IMG/VR virus record: IMGVR_UViG_3300019742_000001
Strand: one strand, 5' to 3'
Origin: a virus
Taxonomy: Duplodnaviria > Caudoviricetes
Length of the DNA: 64,000 nt
Every line of letters starts with the position of its first letter. Positions within the stretch are counted from its first letter, which is position 1. The translations under genes were made by a program, and so were the position numbers. Positions 10,001 to 21,400 of the stretch are shown here, piece after piece. The notes beneath the pieces are model-generated. The model was not told the DNA's origin. It did not search any database and worked only from the letters and a program-made list of their open reading frames with translations.

Positions 10001-10043
10001 CACCACTTGTAGATATCGCACCAAATATTCTATTAACAGCCAT
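7026..10043 (-). CDS. fibre/virion decoration protein with internal repeats
   Basis: Repeated (D/S)HTQY.LVDGTR.FT and LTTK.YVD motifs; C-terminal YFVDATAGPVTLVL...GDTIVVDDY...LVY.DE..GW-type module common in T4-like fibre proteins. Confidence 0.7.
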   Translation of the reverse strand: MAVNRIFGAISTSGGSSGALDDISISVITDGDIAIAMDNTLKSIHFYKYSSSSSLSEDYPTVIVPDDVVTTGRWLMVSQSHFMEDVVIESGNKILVNDVVGNGSGLQIGYESGSIDISIGSTKITLTKELYTNEPITSIVSTGTAPITVSSTTMCTGLNANYIGGKLSEDIIVRDGSTLFTSLPSVTNTGGVPDVIPSDDWNLTTKKYVDSLVGETEEHDSLVGAAESRIHTDYIFIDGTRPFTGAIGGVDPVSSSHLTTKNYVDTEILNKATNVHIRKDATILFTGIPGFVNTGGVPDITPTLPYHITSKKYVDGVVSDNNDHGGFDGLGDDDHTQYILVDGTRNFTQPIGYDNGTIVDSAIGDDFVTKTYIESVITDVTDIHIVKDGSIAFTGMPQVASTDGDPDIGPSESYHLVTVEYVSSLLLGGSIDHGELSGLSVDDHTQYILVDGTRSFTGKIGGVATVDSDTDDILTTKGYVDSLIPSTYHSDLDGLDGDDHTQYSHVDGRRPFDITSYFPRVSNNGIVPDGSPSDLWDLTTKQYVDSVVSSQSSVELLDYVDIYGRHSMNSDQYYQPISELDPFIESTGNLLVNKDYVDSNFKRFCVSSGDGLLEYFDTKIETNDLLTTTSICNGVDTGVDVDKTTELYGLISRVEVVDGGVGFFVFDTSGDTWTPSTFDTDVFDVSGTGGQSITETVMYPPNDGAGSSVDIRVSSVQGNVSYFQIIDQTLSGTTDGTYEFIVNGNVPDLNRSVWSVTVVSDVITSIQQVSAVVGLGYSVAYDVTSISGVVGTFTLRPYITGTIKGFDFYDGDFGTGYALTEYTLTEATKASFTVSGTGTTDLGTTELIFHNPINEKLKFSHHISPTTPVALYDDDFTVSIGNVISGITFDKWGHITQITESAQPSDVWEVWVSGDLEFNKSYFVDATAGPVTLVLGSTPVIGDTIVVDDYMKQSSINNITIQGAGGANTLTIEGVTSQDMIINISSGQVTMVYVDETYGWRIKVN

Positions 10044-10062
10044 TTATTCCTCCAAATTGAAA

Positions 10063-10554
10063 CTATTTCTTCTTTTTCTTCTTTTTCTCTGTTGACATAA
10101 TGGTATAATCAATCGCCTTGGTTGACAATGACAACGTTTCGTCTTCAACAAGATATGTTCTGTTATTGAAACAACTATCCTTGATATCACTATGTCTTTT
10201 CTGTCTATTGATGTAATTCACAAAAGAATGATTACAGATTGTTGTTATGTACGCAAACGGATTCCTTGACTTTTCCAAATCAAAGTTTTTGAGGTATTTA
10301 CAACAAGTCAATACCGCCTCTTGAATCATATCCTCTTTCCATGTATAATTTATAAAATTTCCTTTATTAGATAGATTCTTTGCTATCAACAACAACATTC
10401 TCCCTAATTCCTCAGACATCAACCCATCATTTAACCTCATGGTTTCTATCTCTGGAATAAGATCTTTGTTCCTAACGTAATATACAGGTGATTCGGGATC
10501 GACACCTTTTATTATCTCAATTACTGTCGTATCACCCGTTTTCTGTTCTACCAT
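10063..10554 (-). CDS. 55: late transcription sigma factor (gp55)
   Basis: YYVRNKDL, NFINYTWKEDMIQEAV, NFDLEKSRNPFAYITTI. Confidence 0.93.
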   Translation of the reverse strand: MVEQKTGDTTVIEIIKGVDPESPVYYVRNKDLIPEIETMRLNDGLMSEELGRMLLLIAKNLSNKGNFINYTWKEDMIQEAVLTCCKYLKNFDLEKSRNPFAYITTICNHSFVNYINRQKRHSDIKDSCFNNRTYLVEDETLSLSTKAIDYTIMSTEKKKKKKK

Positions 10555-10588
10555 GTAATTCCTCCATTGTAACTATATAATGTATTAT

Positions 10589-10618
10589 ATATTACAATTA
10601 AAAACTACTTTTGTAAAC
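10589..10618 (-). promoter_or_regulatory. putative sigma70/T4-early-type promoter for gp55
   Basis: GTTTACA-N17-TAATAT; same -35 as at 6268-6274; overlaps AT-rich hairpin 10566-10598. Confidence 0.5.
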
Positions 10619-10976
10619 CCTTTCTCATACATTTCTCAAAAGATATCTGTATGTTAGACAATTCATCATTGAACTTAAACCATTTTTCTTTTAATTGTCC
10701 AATCTTCTTTCGTCCCATTTTTGTGTCTTGTAAGGACTTTCCCTGTTCTTCTAAACAAAAATCAAATCTTAATTTACCTCTATACATTTCCTTTAACTCC
10801 TTGTTTGCCTTCTCAAGAAGCATCATTGCTGTATCATCCAACATATACTTTTCTGTTATTCGTCTAACCAAATCAGAATTTCCTGTATCAGACTCAACCA
10901 AGTCAAGGTTCAGTGAACGAAATACACTCTCTTCGTTATCACCACTAGATATTGATAAAAAATTATATAATCTCAT
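10605..10976 (-). CDS. hypothetical protein
   Basis: 123-aa ORF coupled to the upstream stop. Confidence 0.6.
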   Translation of the reverse strand: MRLYNFLSISSGDNEESVFRSLNLDLVESDTGNSDLVRRITEKYMLDDTAMMLLEKANKELKEMYRGKLRFDFCLEEQGKSLQDTKMGRKKIGQLKEKWFKFNDELSNIQISFEKCMRKGLQK

Positions 10977-10977
10977 A

Positions 10978-12093
10978 TTACCAACTCAATCTCACAAATG
11001 TACTGACAGCGGGATCTGTGTATAAATGGATTTCAACCTCTACACCTGTATATACAGATTCAAGTGGCATGATCTCAGAATTTGATTGCCATACCGTAAC
11101 TGTTGGTGGGGTTGCATGTGTAATTGGACTAAGATTCATCGGTATATCATATCTATACGAACCACTAGCATCAAGTGTCCACGATCCTGTTGGAATAGTT
11201 ACTTCAATTCTCTGTCCATCTTGGTATTCTTTGGTAACAAAATCATCATCTCCAACAGTTAATACGATACTTCCATTAGAATAACCAACACCTGCGGTAT
11301 AATCACGTCTACCATCCAAATGACTATATTGAGTGTGTTCATCAAGTGCGGTGTTTGTTCTGTGGTCATGCCATTGTTTTGCTAGTGCATTTGATATTAG
11401 ACGATTCGTTCCACTATCAGTACTTGATACATCAACAAAGTCTATTCCGTGGGGATTTCCGGGTGCCCCATCAATCTCAGGCAAAACTGGATATGTATTA
11501 TGACCATCAACAGTATAATACCAAGAATTTGTATCAGAATTATAATATGACCCTCGGTGTGATGCCCATCCATTAGCAATAACGTTACTAATCAACTTAT
11601 TATATTTTGTGTTCTCTAATACTGTGTCGTCATACATGAATTCATCGACAATTGTTATCCCATGAATTTCTAATACACTGTCTTCAAACAATACAAGATT
11701 CTTGTGGTCCTCCCACCCTTTTGCTAGGAAGTTGGAAACCGCCTTATTTCTCAATGTATCAGTGCTTGTCTCATCAACCTCAGCAACCGATGTAGAAAAA
11801 ACATCAATATAATCAATGAATCCAGCGGAAACTCCGGGAGATTGCCAAGCAATCTTGAACTTTTGATTGTAAAAATACCCATCATCTTCGGTAGTATCAG
11901 CTATCCAAAACTCAAAATAACCTTTTCTACTGGTTCTTGTTTGTGGGGCAGTCCTAGTAGCACTACCACCAATTTCATCCAGATAAACATTTGCAGTGTC
12001 TTCTGTACCAGCTATATAAACCGTAATTTCAGCATTTTCTATTGGATTACCTTCATCAGTAACCAAAAACTGCCAATAATGTCTTCTTGCCAT
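10978..12093 (-). CDS. putative virion structural protein
   Basis: Three N.(L/A)(I/V)SN..A..W..H repeats plus one HTQY..LDG.R/DFVTK.Y repeat shared with 7026..10043; CATAAATA upstream. Confidence 0.6.
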   Translation of the reverse strand: MARRHYWQFLVTDEGNPIENAEITVYIAGTEDTANVYLDEIGGSATRTAPQTRTSRKGYFEFWIADTTEDDGYFYNQKFKIAWQSPGVSAGFIDYIDVFSTSVAEVDETSTDTLRNKAVSNFLAKGWEDHKNLVLFEDSVLEIHGITIVDEFMYDDTVLENTKYNKLISNVIANGWASHRGSYYNSDTNSWYYTVDGHNTYPVLPEIDGAPGNPHGIDFVDVSSTDSGTNRLISNALAKQWHDHRTNTALDEHTQYSHLDGRRDYTAGVGYSNGSIVLTVGDDDFVTKEYQDGQRIEVTIPTGSWTLDASGSYRYDIPMNLSPITHATPPTVTVWQSNSEIMPLESVYTGVEVEIHLYTDPAVSTFVRLSW

Positions 12094-12140
12094 AAATATC
12101 TCCCGTTTTTTAATGTCTCTTGTATTTATGATTTAATCTG

Positions 12141-12734
12141 TTACAATGACTCATATATATCTATTATCTTTTTACCTAATTCCATATATTCTTTTAATGT
12201 GACATTTGTTGATGTGGATAATGTATAATCACCCCATAAATCTTCTATTGTAAGCAAATTTATCCTATCTAATGTCAACCAATCAGTTGTCTTGAAACAA
12301 TCATATATACCATTATCTCTTGTAACAACGATCAATATCTCATCATTGTTTGTGTTATTGTAAAATAATTTAGGTGAATAAGATCTAATGTTAGACCTTA
12401 TAACATCCGTTGATATTATCTCATACGTTTTGTCATCAAAATGTCTTACTGTCAGTTCATCGTTCTCTATCGTCACGACATTATACTTTCCTGTGGTATG
12501 TGATACACTGAACCCATCATATACCCCCTCAAACCAAAATATTTCAATCGCACCACCTATCCCATCCTCAAACTCTACATCGTCGATTAGGTCGTAATTG
12601 AGTTCGTGCATATTGAATAAATATTTACCTTCTCCAATATAATCAACCCAAAAACACATTAGTTCATTGTAGGGGATACCTTTCAATATCCCCTGTGAAA
12701 TTCCTTTATATGATATTCTTTTATTAAATCCCAT
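12141..12734 (-). CDS. hypothetical protein
   Basis: 197-aa ORF directly after the fibre gene. Confidence 0.6.
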   Translation of the reverse strand: MGFNKRISYKGISQGILKGIPYNELMCFWVDYIGEGKYLFNMHELNYDLIDDVEFEDGIGGAIEIFWFEGVYDGFSVSHTTGKYNVVTIENDELTVRHFDDKTYEIISTDVIRSNIRSYSPKLFYNNTNNDEILIVVTRDNGIYDCFKTTDWLTLDRINLLTIEDLWGDYTLSTSTNVTLKEYMELGKKIIDIYESL

Positions 12735-12740
12735 AATTAA

Positions 12741-15700
12741 TTACCATGTCCTATAGATTGCAATATATGTAAAGTCAACTTTGTGACTAACACCAGCAGG
12801 TGATGGTGTTATAATACCTGTTTCGTCATCCAACATAAATTCATTGTCACCAACAAACTCTGTTACTAATGTTGCTGGTTGTTCTGAGGATAATGTCACA
12901 CCACTACCAGTTGATGGTGTCAATGTAAACGAAGACTCTAATTCAAATGTTTTATTGTAGTCATCAAATCTAAGTATCTTTCTATTTTCACCCAAGTATC
13001 TCAAATACTTACCTTTATAATAATCATAAGTTATAGCAAGTTGATCTGAATCTATTTTAAGTGTTATGCCACCATCAGTTGTTGTTATTGTTTCGTCAAC
13101 AGTGAATGTTAAAATATCATCAAAATAAATATAACTGTCTGTTGTATTGTTCTTGTAATACAATTTATACAATTCTGGGTATCCATCATCAACAGAGTGA
13201 AATTTGATATCAGCAGTTTCACTTACTTCATGTGTTGATGCTGGTGTAAATACATCATTGTGTTTCTCTGCTCTTGTCCAATACATTAAATGACTAAACC
13301 CTGTTACATATTGTTGGTTGTCATTTGCAATAGAATCTTGATTAATATAACAAGTATAATAATCATCCGTTGATAGTGTATTTGATGGACTTGTAGTCAA
13401 TTCATTAAATCTAACCTGTACATCAGCAGAAAATGGATGAAGACTATCAAATGTACTATGTGTTGGTTTACCTGTAATCAAAGTTTCTACTATTTCATAC
13501 CCCTCACTATCACGTAATCTATAATCCATATCAACTTTAACATTATCCGATCCAATAACATAATTTGGTACCAGTTTCCATGATGACAACTCTGTATCCC
13601 ACGTGTAATTGAATTTCGAAAGTCTAATAAAGTGGTCAGACAAAAATTCACGTGACCCGTAACTAATAGCACCTATCCATTGTTTATTCCACGGAGTTAC
13701 ACAAGTAATCCATTCAGGTTTCTGTGCAATAGATGAATACATGAATTCAGGGGTGTTGTGAGATGTGTCAACCACCTCTCCTGACACTGGACATATACTG
13801 AAATATGATGTTAATGGTTGTCCACCAGAAAGACGTTTATACACATTACTCCTTCTATCATAGGAATAATCCGTTGTGTAAGAAGCTGGCCAACTGTTAC
13901 TATATAACACAACCCCACCAAGAGCATCACCTGATAGGTCAAGATCATCAAACTTAATATATGCTTGATTATAATCGTGGTCAAGTATAGTTGACTTATA
14001 TGTATCTCCTTTTGGTAAAAACCACTCATTTCTTTTCAACTCTAATGTGGTTGCATCATATACACGACACATATACTTATACAATACAAATATCTCATTC
14101 TTGTCTGTATAACATGCCATACCATCTTTTGATGTAGAGAATGGATCTTCAAACTGACCAATCTCAGGTTCAAATGAATCATCAGATTCTATCATTTTAG
14201 GTAAAGCCAACACTTTCCTATCAATTGTGCCAGAATTTATGGTATATTTCAACAAATCTGTTGTAAACGATTGGTATACCTCACCGCTATTAGTATATAT
14301 GGCAACTAATGCATTACCTGTTATAACATTACTTGAAATCCCTGAATTAACTTCAACCCATGATGACCAAGTAATACCATTAAACATAGAATAATATGTT
14401 TGTATTTCATCTAACACATTTCTCACCACTTTTAACTTACCGTGAGGTTTTGTGATATCAATATCAGTAACATTTACCAGTGTTGTATCAAATGAATTTA
14501 TTGTGTCATATGTTTCATTAATATCAATATCAAAGCCTCTCACATTAAAATCATACACAGAAATGTCTTCGTTTATACTATTATAATCAAAATCTGAACT
14601 GAATAAAATATTGTCTATTAGATATTTTCCCGATGCGTCTGAATAACTATTAGTGTCAAGACCAAACCTTATTGTTATGTTTTGGGTTCCAACAGGAATT
14701 GGTATCCCATCTGTAGTTTTCCATCCATAATCAATATACACCGAAGGTCTGAAATCAAACATCGATGTCCCATCAACATACACAGTAAGATTGGATGCAT
14801 AATTATTGCCATTAACAATATACAGGTAATAATCTAACGTTAAAACTAATGGTTCTGTTTGAACTGGAATATCAAGTGAGATATATCCAAAATTATCATG
14901 AATATATTGAGTGTAGTCGAATACACCAAACCGAATTACGTTTGTGCGACCACCTCCATCAGTCAAATATTTCCACGTAGAACCGTTCGTTACCGCACCA
15001 TCACTGTGATACATTGAAATTGTTGTTCCTGACATAAGACCAGAATCTAATGTCCATGTGGCTTGGTCTGGTGTTGATGGATTAACATATGACCCATCAA
15101 CTATTGGATCACCAGTTAAAACATCCACATCAAATGATTCTCCACCAGTAGATCCGATAGTTGATGTTTCCGTTGATGATGTGGTAAATCCTATATATCT
15201 TCCGGGTAACATACCATCTAATGTCGTAGATTCATCATACATATCAGATGTATCCATTACAGATAATCCAACAATATGACCATATAAGAACGGTTTGATG
15301 TTGTCCAATTCTATCTCAACATCAAACTCACCTGACTCCATCACAAACCCACATAATGAAGTTGTTTGTGTCGATTCACCACCAGATTTAACCGTGGAAC
15401 TACTATAAATGGGTGACTTTAGAGTTAGGGTGTTTAGTGTATCATCTTTTGTATATGATCCACCAACACCACCATTCTTGAGATAAGACCAACATGTATA
15501 AGATGAATACAGGTCAACATCACCTGTAACTCCATCCACGACAACATTATTAACATCAGTTAAACCATCTATTGACATTATTTGAGCACAATCAGTTGAA
15601 ACCAATATGATACTATCCGTTGGTCTGTGATAACTACCCCATGTAACTAAATTGGTGTTATTATTCACACCAAGTTGTTTACCAAAATCGGTAATCCACC

Positions 15701-17252
15701 AATCTTCCCATAACTTTGTTTCCATATCAATCATTTGAAATTGAGTTGAACCCAAATCTGGTATTTGTGTTAATATCTTTGCACTACCATTGTAATCAAT
15801 TACTTGTGCGTGAACTGGATGTTTATGGTCAACAGTATCAACTTCGTGTGTTGTGTAATCTGACCAAAAATCGGTATCATCTTCAAACTCAAATATTAAA
15901 AACTTGTAACGATCAATTGTCGATGGGTACGCGTCACACAACTGACAAAGATATTTTGGAGCAATACCATCATCATGACAAATGTATCCACCACCAAACA
16001 TAGGACCTACAGCAGCATACTCATCAGACTCCAAATCATACATCACCGTAGACAGAGCAGTATCATACCCCGAAGGATCGTTACTATCTGTTCTTCGAGC
16101 ACTCTTAATAACCAAAGTACGACCAAATTTCTCCATTACTTCAATATTTTTGTTGTCACCGTTACCGTAACCACTCGGATTACCGGTGTTCAAAATTTCT
16201 CCAGCGGTTAAAAACAGTGTGTTCAATTCTGTAGAATAAACATAGTTTGAAACACCTAAACCACCACTAACCAACGGATAAATTGAAAATTTGTTTGACG
16301 ACTTCCAGTGAAAATCATCATCTGTTACAGATCTAAAATTAACCGACTTCCACCAACCCGAAGGAATTGCTTCTATTGAACTATCAAACCAATCAGCCGT
16401 TGACCAACGATTTTTAATCCATGTTCTTCCGATGAATTTACCAGAAAACTTTGTCACTCCTCCCCAATAAGCCACGGAAATACCTGTTATCGCAGGAGAA
16501 GTATATCCAGATAAATCACCCGACGAACCAAAAGATTGGTTTTTTATAAACCTTCTATATTTCGTACTTGATATTTCCAACCCTGTCCCTGGCCAGTTAG
16601 TATCAGTGGAACATCCACCTGCAACAACGGAGTAGTTATCTACTGGACTAACATACTTCGTATTTGATATTGTGGGGATGAGGTTCTTATAATAACCATA
16701 GGTATCATTTTGGCCATTACATGTAGAATTTTTACCCTGAAATGGAACAAACTCTTTCCATCTATCAGCCTCATATTTTGATATACCACTTGAAAAACCA
16801 AAATCAACATACACATAATAATATATATAAATAATCTGCCCTTCTAACTGAACATATGGTTCGGTTAATGTAGTACAACAATACGCAGATGTACCAGTAC
16901 TTCCATAAGACAAACCTATTCTATTAAAAGTTCTATCTGCCGATTGAAATACACCACCAAATTTATGTCTACTGTATTCTTCTTCGTATGTCCTAGTAGG
17001 TGAAATATTTGTAACATACCCTGTACTAATATCTGTTGTTTTGTATGTATATTCAGTGATTTCATCATTAACCAGAACCATATATACACCATGACCATTA
17101 ATGAAATTAGTTAGTCCTTGGTCAAACCACATATTAGACTGTTTGTGACTATATATTTCTTCGCCTGTCAATTCATCTACTACTGTAAATTCAACCTCAC
17201 CCCTCATACTTGGTGACATTTGTGTTGTTATATCATTGAATCTATCTATCAT
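12741..17252 (-). CDS. large tail fibre/receptor-binding protein, copy A
   Basis: 1503 aa; N-terminal baseplate-attachment-like domain; paralog of 18405..22904. Confidence 0.65.
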   Translation of the reverse strand: MIDRFNDITTQMSPSMRGEVEFTVVDELTGEEIYSHKQSNMWFDQGLTNFINGHGVYMVLVNDEITEYTYKTTDISTGYVTNISPTRTYEEEYSRHKFGGVFQSADRTFNRIGLSYGSTGTSAYCCTTLTEPYVQLEGQIIYIYYYVYVDFGFSSGISKYEADRWKEFVPFQGKNSTCNGQNDTYGYYKNLIPTISNTKYVSPVDNYSVVAGGCSTDTNWPGTGLEISSTKYRRFIKNQSFGSSGDLSGYTSPAITGISVAYWGGVTKFSGKFIGRTWIKNRWSTADWFDSSIEAIPSGWWKSVNFRSVTDDDFHWKSSNKFSIYPLVSGGLGVSNYVYSTELNTLFLTAGEILNTGNPSGYGNGDNKNIEVMEKFGRTLVIKSARRTDSNDPSGYDTALSTVMYDLESDEYAAVGPMFGGGYICHDDGIAPKYLCQLCDAYPSTIDRYKFLIFEFEDDTDFWSDYTTHEVDTVDHKHPVHAQVIDYNGSAKILTQIPDLGSTQFQMIDMETKLWEDWWITDFGKQLGVNNNTNLVTWGSYHRPTDSIILVSTDCAQIMSIDGLTDVNNVVVDGVTGDVDLYSSYTCWSYLKNGGVGGSYTKDDTLNTLTLKSPIYSSSTVKSGGESTQTTSLCGFVMESGEFDVEIELDNIKPFLYGHIVGLSVMDTSDMYDESTTLDGMLPGRYIGFTTSSTETSTIGSTGGESFDVDVLTGDPIVDGSYVNPSTPDQATWTLDSGLMSGTTISMYHSDGAVTNGSTWKYLTDGGGRTNVIRFGVFDYTQYIHDNFGYISLDIPVQTEPLVLTLDYYLYIVNGNNYASNLTVYVDGTSMFDFRPSVYIDYGWKTTDGIPIPVGTQNITIRFGLDTNSYSDASGKYLIDNILFSSDFDYNSINEDISVYDFNVRGFDIDINETYDTINSFDTTLVNVTDIDITKPHGKLKVVRNVLDEIQTYYSMFNGITWSSWVEVNSGISSNVITGNALVAIYTNSGEVYQSFTTDLLKYTINSGTIDRKVLALPKMIESDDSFEPEIGQFEDPFSTSKDGMACYTDKNEIFVLYKYMCRVYDATTLELKRNEWFLPKGDTYKSTILDHDYNQAYIKFDDLDLSGDALGGVVLYSNSWPASYTTDYSYDRRSNVYKRLSGGQPLTSYFSICPVSGEVVDTSHNTPEFMYSSIAQKPEWITCVTPWNKQWIGAISYGSREFLSDHFIRLSKFNYTWDTELSSWKLVPNYVIGSDNVKVDMDYRLRDSEGYEIVETLITGKPTHSTFDSLHPFSADVQVRFNELTTSPSNTLSTDDYYTCYINQDSIANDNQQYVTGFSHLMYWTRAEKHNDVFTPASTHEVSETADIKFHSVDDGYPELYKLYYKNNTTDSYIYFDDILTFTVDETITTTDGGITLKIDSDQLAITYDYYKGKYLRYLGENRKILRFDDYNKTFELESSFTLTPSTGSGVTLSSEQPATLVTEFVGDNEFMLDDETGIITPSPAGVSHKVDFTYIAIYRTW

Positions 17253-17263
17253 ACATATTCTCC

Positions 17264-18349
17264 TTAAACTATAAAGTTACCAAAATAATCTGTGTATACA
17301 AATGTGTCAGGTTCGATACTAACAACAAAATTGGTGCTCACTTCACTCTCTATATATTCTATTTCATCGGTATACAACTCAGTAAATACTGGTATTATAT
17401 CTATTCTTGTATCAACAGACACCAAACCAAAATTAGAATAGCAACCAGACTCATTAGTATTTATAATTATGGTTTGTGTTGTTACTGGTATAAAGGTAGA
17501 ATAATCATATTGAAACGGTGTATATATTGGTCTTGTGTCATAAAAACTAAATGTGTTATTGGCACTATCATCACCAACATCAGGAATAAACAACGAAACT
17601 GTTTGTGGTATTGTATCAACACCATATGACTGATTTCCAGAAAAGTAATCACGACGAGTACTTATAAATGTATCAGAAGGACTCCATATATGTTCAAATA
17701 TAGCCTCTATTGAATATGTTTTGTTCGCCTTTAAGTCATAAATAGCAAGTGTGTCTCTGTCAACTTCTAATATGAAAATATCATCTTCATAAATTCTATA
17801 TTTTATTGTATCAGGGTTTAATGTAGAAGCTACTATAGTTGGAACATTCCAATCAAATTCCATACCTTCCGCGATGAAATTTATCGGTGCTGGTGGTATC
17901 TGTTGTTGGTCATAAACTCTAAGACCTGACCCTAATTCATTATTAGTATAATAATCACCATTCTTATTAATGGGGGTTACGTTGATTTCTTTGTGTATTG
18001 GTGAAAATTCCCAATTCAGAATACCATCCCATAGGTCAACTGGTTGTTGTTTTATACCAGTTACGATATCAGTATACAGAACATCCAATTGTTGTGACTT
18101 CTCATTAAATATATACTCCAATACTACATAATCACCATCACGTGTTGGGGAAGCACTTGTACCGTCAACCAACACAAACGCATCAGTAAATGTATCACTA
18201 TCATTTGAGTATATGGTTGAGTATATAGAGTTATCTTTTTCAATAAAGACGATAGTTTCATTAGTTTCTGTCCATTCCAATAATGAATATATAATTCCTG
18301 CATCACTAAGGTCTTTGAATAGGTCTTTTGTTAATCTTTTATATAACAT
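17264..18349 (-). CDS. fibre-associated protein, copy A
   Basis: First ~105 aa near-identical to 22917..23981. Confidence 0.6.
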   Translation of the reverse strand: MLYKRLTKDLFKDLSDAGIIYSLLEWTETNETIVFIEKDNSIYSTIYSNDSDTFTDAFVLVDGTSASPTRDGDYVVLEYIFNEKSQQLDVLYTDIVTGIKQQPVDLWDGILNWEFSPIHKEINVTPINKNGDYYTNNELGSGLRVYDQQQIPPAPINFIAEGMEFDWNVPTIVASTLNPDTIKYRIYEDDIFILEVDRDTLAIYDLKANKTYSIEAIFEHIWSPSDTFISTRRDYFSGNQSYGVDTIPQTVSLFIPDVGDDSANNTFSFYDTRPIYTPFQYDYSTFIPVTTQTIIINTNESGCYSNFGLVSVDTRIDIIPVFTELYTDEIEYIESEVSTNFVVSIEPDTFVYTDYFGNFIV

Positions 18350-18404
18350 TAATACTCACATTAATAGTTGGAGGAGACGTTAACCCCCTCCAACCCATAT
18401 TTTA

Positions 18405-21400
18405 TTACCATGTTCTATATATTGCAATGTATGTAAAGTCAACTTTGTGACTAACACCATCAGGTGATGGTGTTATAATACCTGTTTCGTCATCTAACAT
18501 GAATTCATTATCACCAACAAACTCAGTAACCAATGTTGCTGGTTGTTCTACTACGAGTTCCACACCATTTCCTGTTGTCGGTGTTAATGTGAACGCGGAA
18601 TCCAATACAAATGTCTTGTAGAAATGATCATATTCAAGTATTGTCCTTGTTTCACCAAGATATCTCAAGTGCTTGCCTTTGTAGATATCATAAGTTGGAT
18701 CTAATAAATCATTTTCTATTTTTAATGTAATACCACCATCAGTTGTTGTTATAGTATCACCAGCATCAAATTCAACGACCACATCAAAATACTTGTGTCT
18801 ATCTGTGATGTTGTCTTTGTAGAAAAACTTATACATCAAAGGGTCACCGTTATCAATAGAGTGAAATTTGATATCAGCAGTTTCACTTACTTCGTGTGTT
18901 GCTGCTGGCGTAAATACATCATTGTGCCTTTCTGCTCTTGTCCAATACATTATATGACTGAATCCAGTGATATATTGTTGATTATCCTTTGAAATACCAT
19001 CCTGTGTGAAATAAGTGGTATAGTAATCATCTGGTGATAACGTATTCGATGGACTAGATGACAATTCATTAAACCTAACCTGTATATCAGCAGAGAATGG
19101 GTGTAATTCCTGAAAATCTGCATGTGATGGTTTTGGTGTAATCAAAGATGTCATATCATAATCAACATCGTCTCTAATTCTGGTGTCTAACAATGTATCG
19201 TAATTTTTACTGTTTAATCCATATGTTGGTCTTAACACCCATTTACTCAGACCAGAATCCCACGAAAATTTGAAATTAGTCATAGTTCTAAAATTTTCCG
19301 TTATAGTAGTTGTTGAAGACCAACATACACCATGCATCATAATCCATCCTTTTTTATAAGGTATTGCAGCCGAATAATTGTCGAGGGTATCCTCTTGAGA
19401 ATTATATGGTGAGTAAGTCGGAATATTGTATGATGTATCAACAACAGAACCATTAACCGGATCTATAGTAAAAATCTTAAATAACGACTGTATATAGTGG
19501 TATGCTTGGTCGTCACGAACATGCTTATTGCTTCGTTTTGTATTATCTGTGTACCCCGAAGTATAAAACCTTCTTGGGTAATTATTAGCATACAATACTA
19601 TCCCACCTAATGCATCACCAGTAAGATCAAAATCATCGAACTTTATATACCCTTCATTATAATCACGAGGCAACCCATTAAAACTATTTGTCTCTGGTAA
19701 GAAAACCTCATTTCTTTTCAACTCAAATGTAGTTGCGTCATAAACACGACACATATACCTATATAACACATATATCTCATTCTTATCAGTATAACATGCC
19801 ATACCATCTTTTGATGTCGAATATGCATCTCCAAACACACCATAGTCATGAATATGTTCATCTGTAATCTCTACCATCTTAGGTAACGCCAATACTTTTC
19901 TGTCAATTGTACCTGAATTTATGGTATAGTTTAATAAATCTGTTGTGAATGATTTCAAATTACCATCACCATTCTTCATATACAATGCGACATATGCATT
20001 ACCTGTGATCACATTACTTGAAATCCCTGAATTAAGTTCTATCCATACTGACCAACTAACACCATTCCATGTAGCATAATATGTTTGTATTTCATTTAAC
20101 GCATTTCTTACAACTTTTAACTTACCGTGTGGTTTTGTTTCGTCGATATCAGTAACATGTACAAGTGTTGTAGAAGTTGGGTTGATAGTGTCATAAGGAT
20201 CTACATTACTAATATCATAACTTTCAACATTAAAATCATATGTAGAAATATCTTCATTTATACTATCATAATCAAATGAATGTATATCTGTTTCATGAAA
20301 CGTGAAATTACTATATGCAATATATGAATCTATTTCAGTATTATTGTCATTTTCTGTTCGATATACAATTCTAATATTTGTTACATTAGGTGGTATGCCA
20401 ATATACGGTGATGTATGCCAAACAGTATCATTATATAATGGACGCCAACTAAACCTTGAAACACCCTGTACATAAGTATATGCATAATTATTATCATCAT
20501 TACCACTATCAAGAATGTTATGTTTGTAATCATATGAAAAAAATCTAAATTCCTCAGAGGGAGGAAACTCTATCTCCACATACGAATAGTCATATACATC
20601 ATAATGATAAAGGGATGTGACATTATTCTGAATATACGTTCTCTCTCCATCAACACCCATCTGCCATTGTGGTGTACTCCAACTATTATACAATTTAATT
20701 TCTGTTCCTGTCATAACACCAGAATCATATGTCCATGATGCTTCATTTGGGTTATTAACATCAATAACATCACCATCAGAAAAACTAGACCCTGTGACGG
20801 GATTAATATCAAACGATTCCAGTACATAAGTTGATGTTATATTATCAACATTACCCGCCCATTCTACAGAATCAACATCAGATGATGTGGTAAATCCTAT
20901 ATATCTTCCGGGTAAATGTCCTGATAATATTGGTGATTCATCGTAAATATCAGATGTGTCCATTACAGACAATCCTATTGACTGACCACTTAAAAATGGT
21001 TTAATGTTATCTAACTCAATTTCTATGTCAAACTCACCATCTTCTATCATAAATCCATACAATGTTGATGATGAATCCAAAAATCCTCCTGTGGATGACA
21101 GTAATCTACTACAAGAACTTAATTTTAGTGAATCAACACCCTTTACATACTTTGACCCATTTAACTGTCTGGTTTTTGACCAACATCTATAAGATGAGTA
21201 TATATCAACATCACCAGTAACTCCATCAACAACTACATTATTAACATCAGTTAATCCATCAATTGACATTATTTGGGTACAATCATCAGACACCAATATG
21301 AAACTATCAGTTGATTTGTTATAATTACCCCATACAACATTAGTATTTGATTGAACATTTGTACCAAGTTGTTTACCAAAATCGGTAATCCACCAATCTT

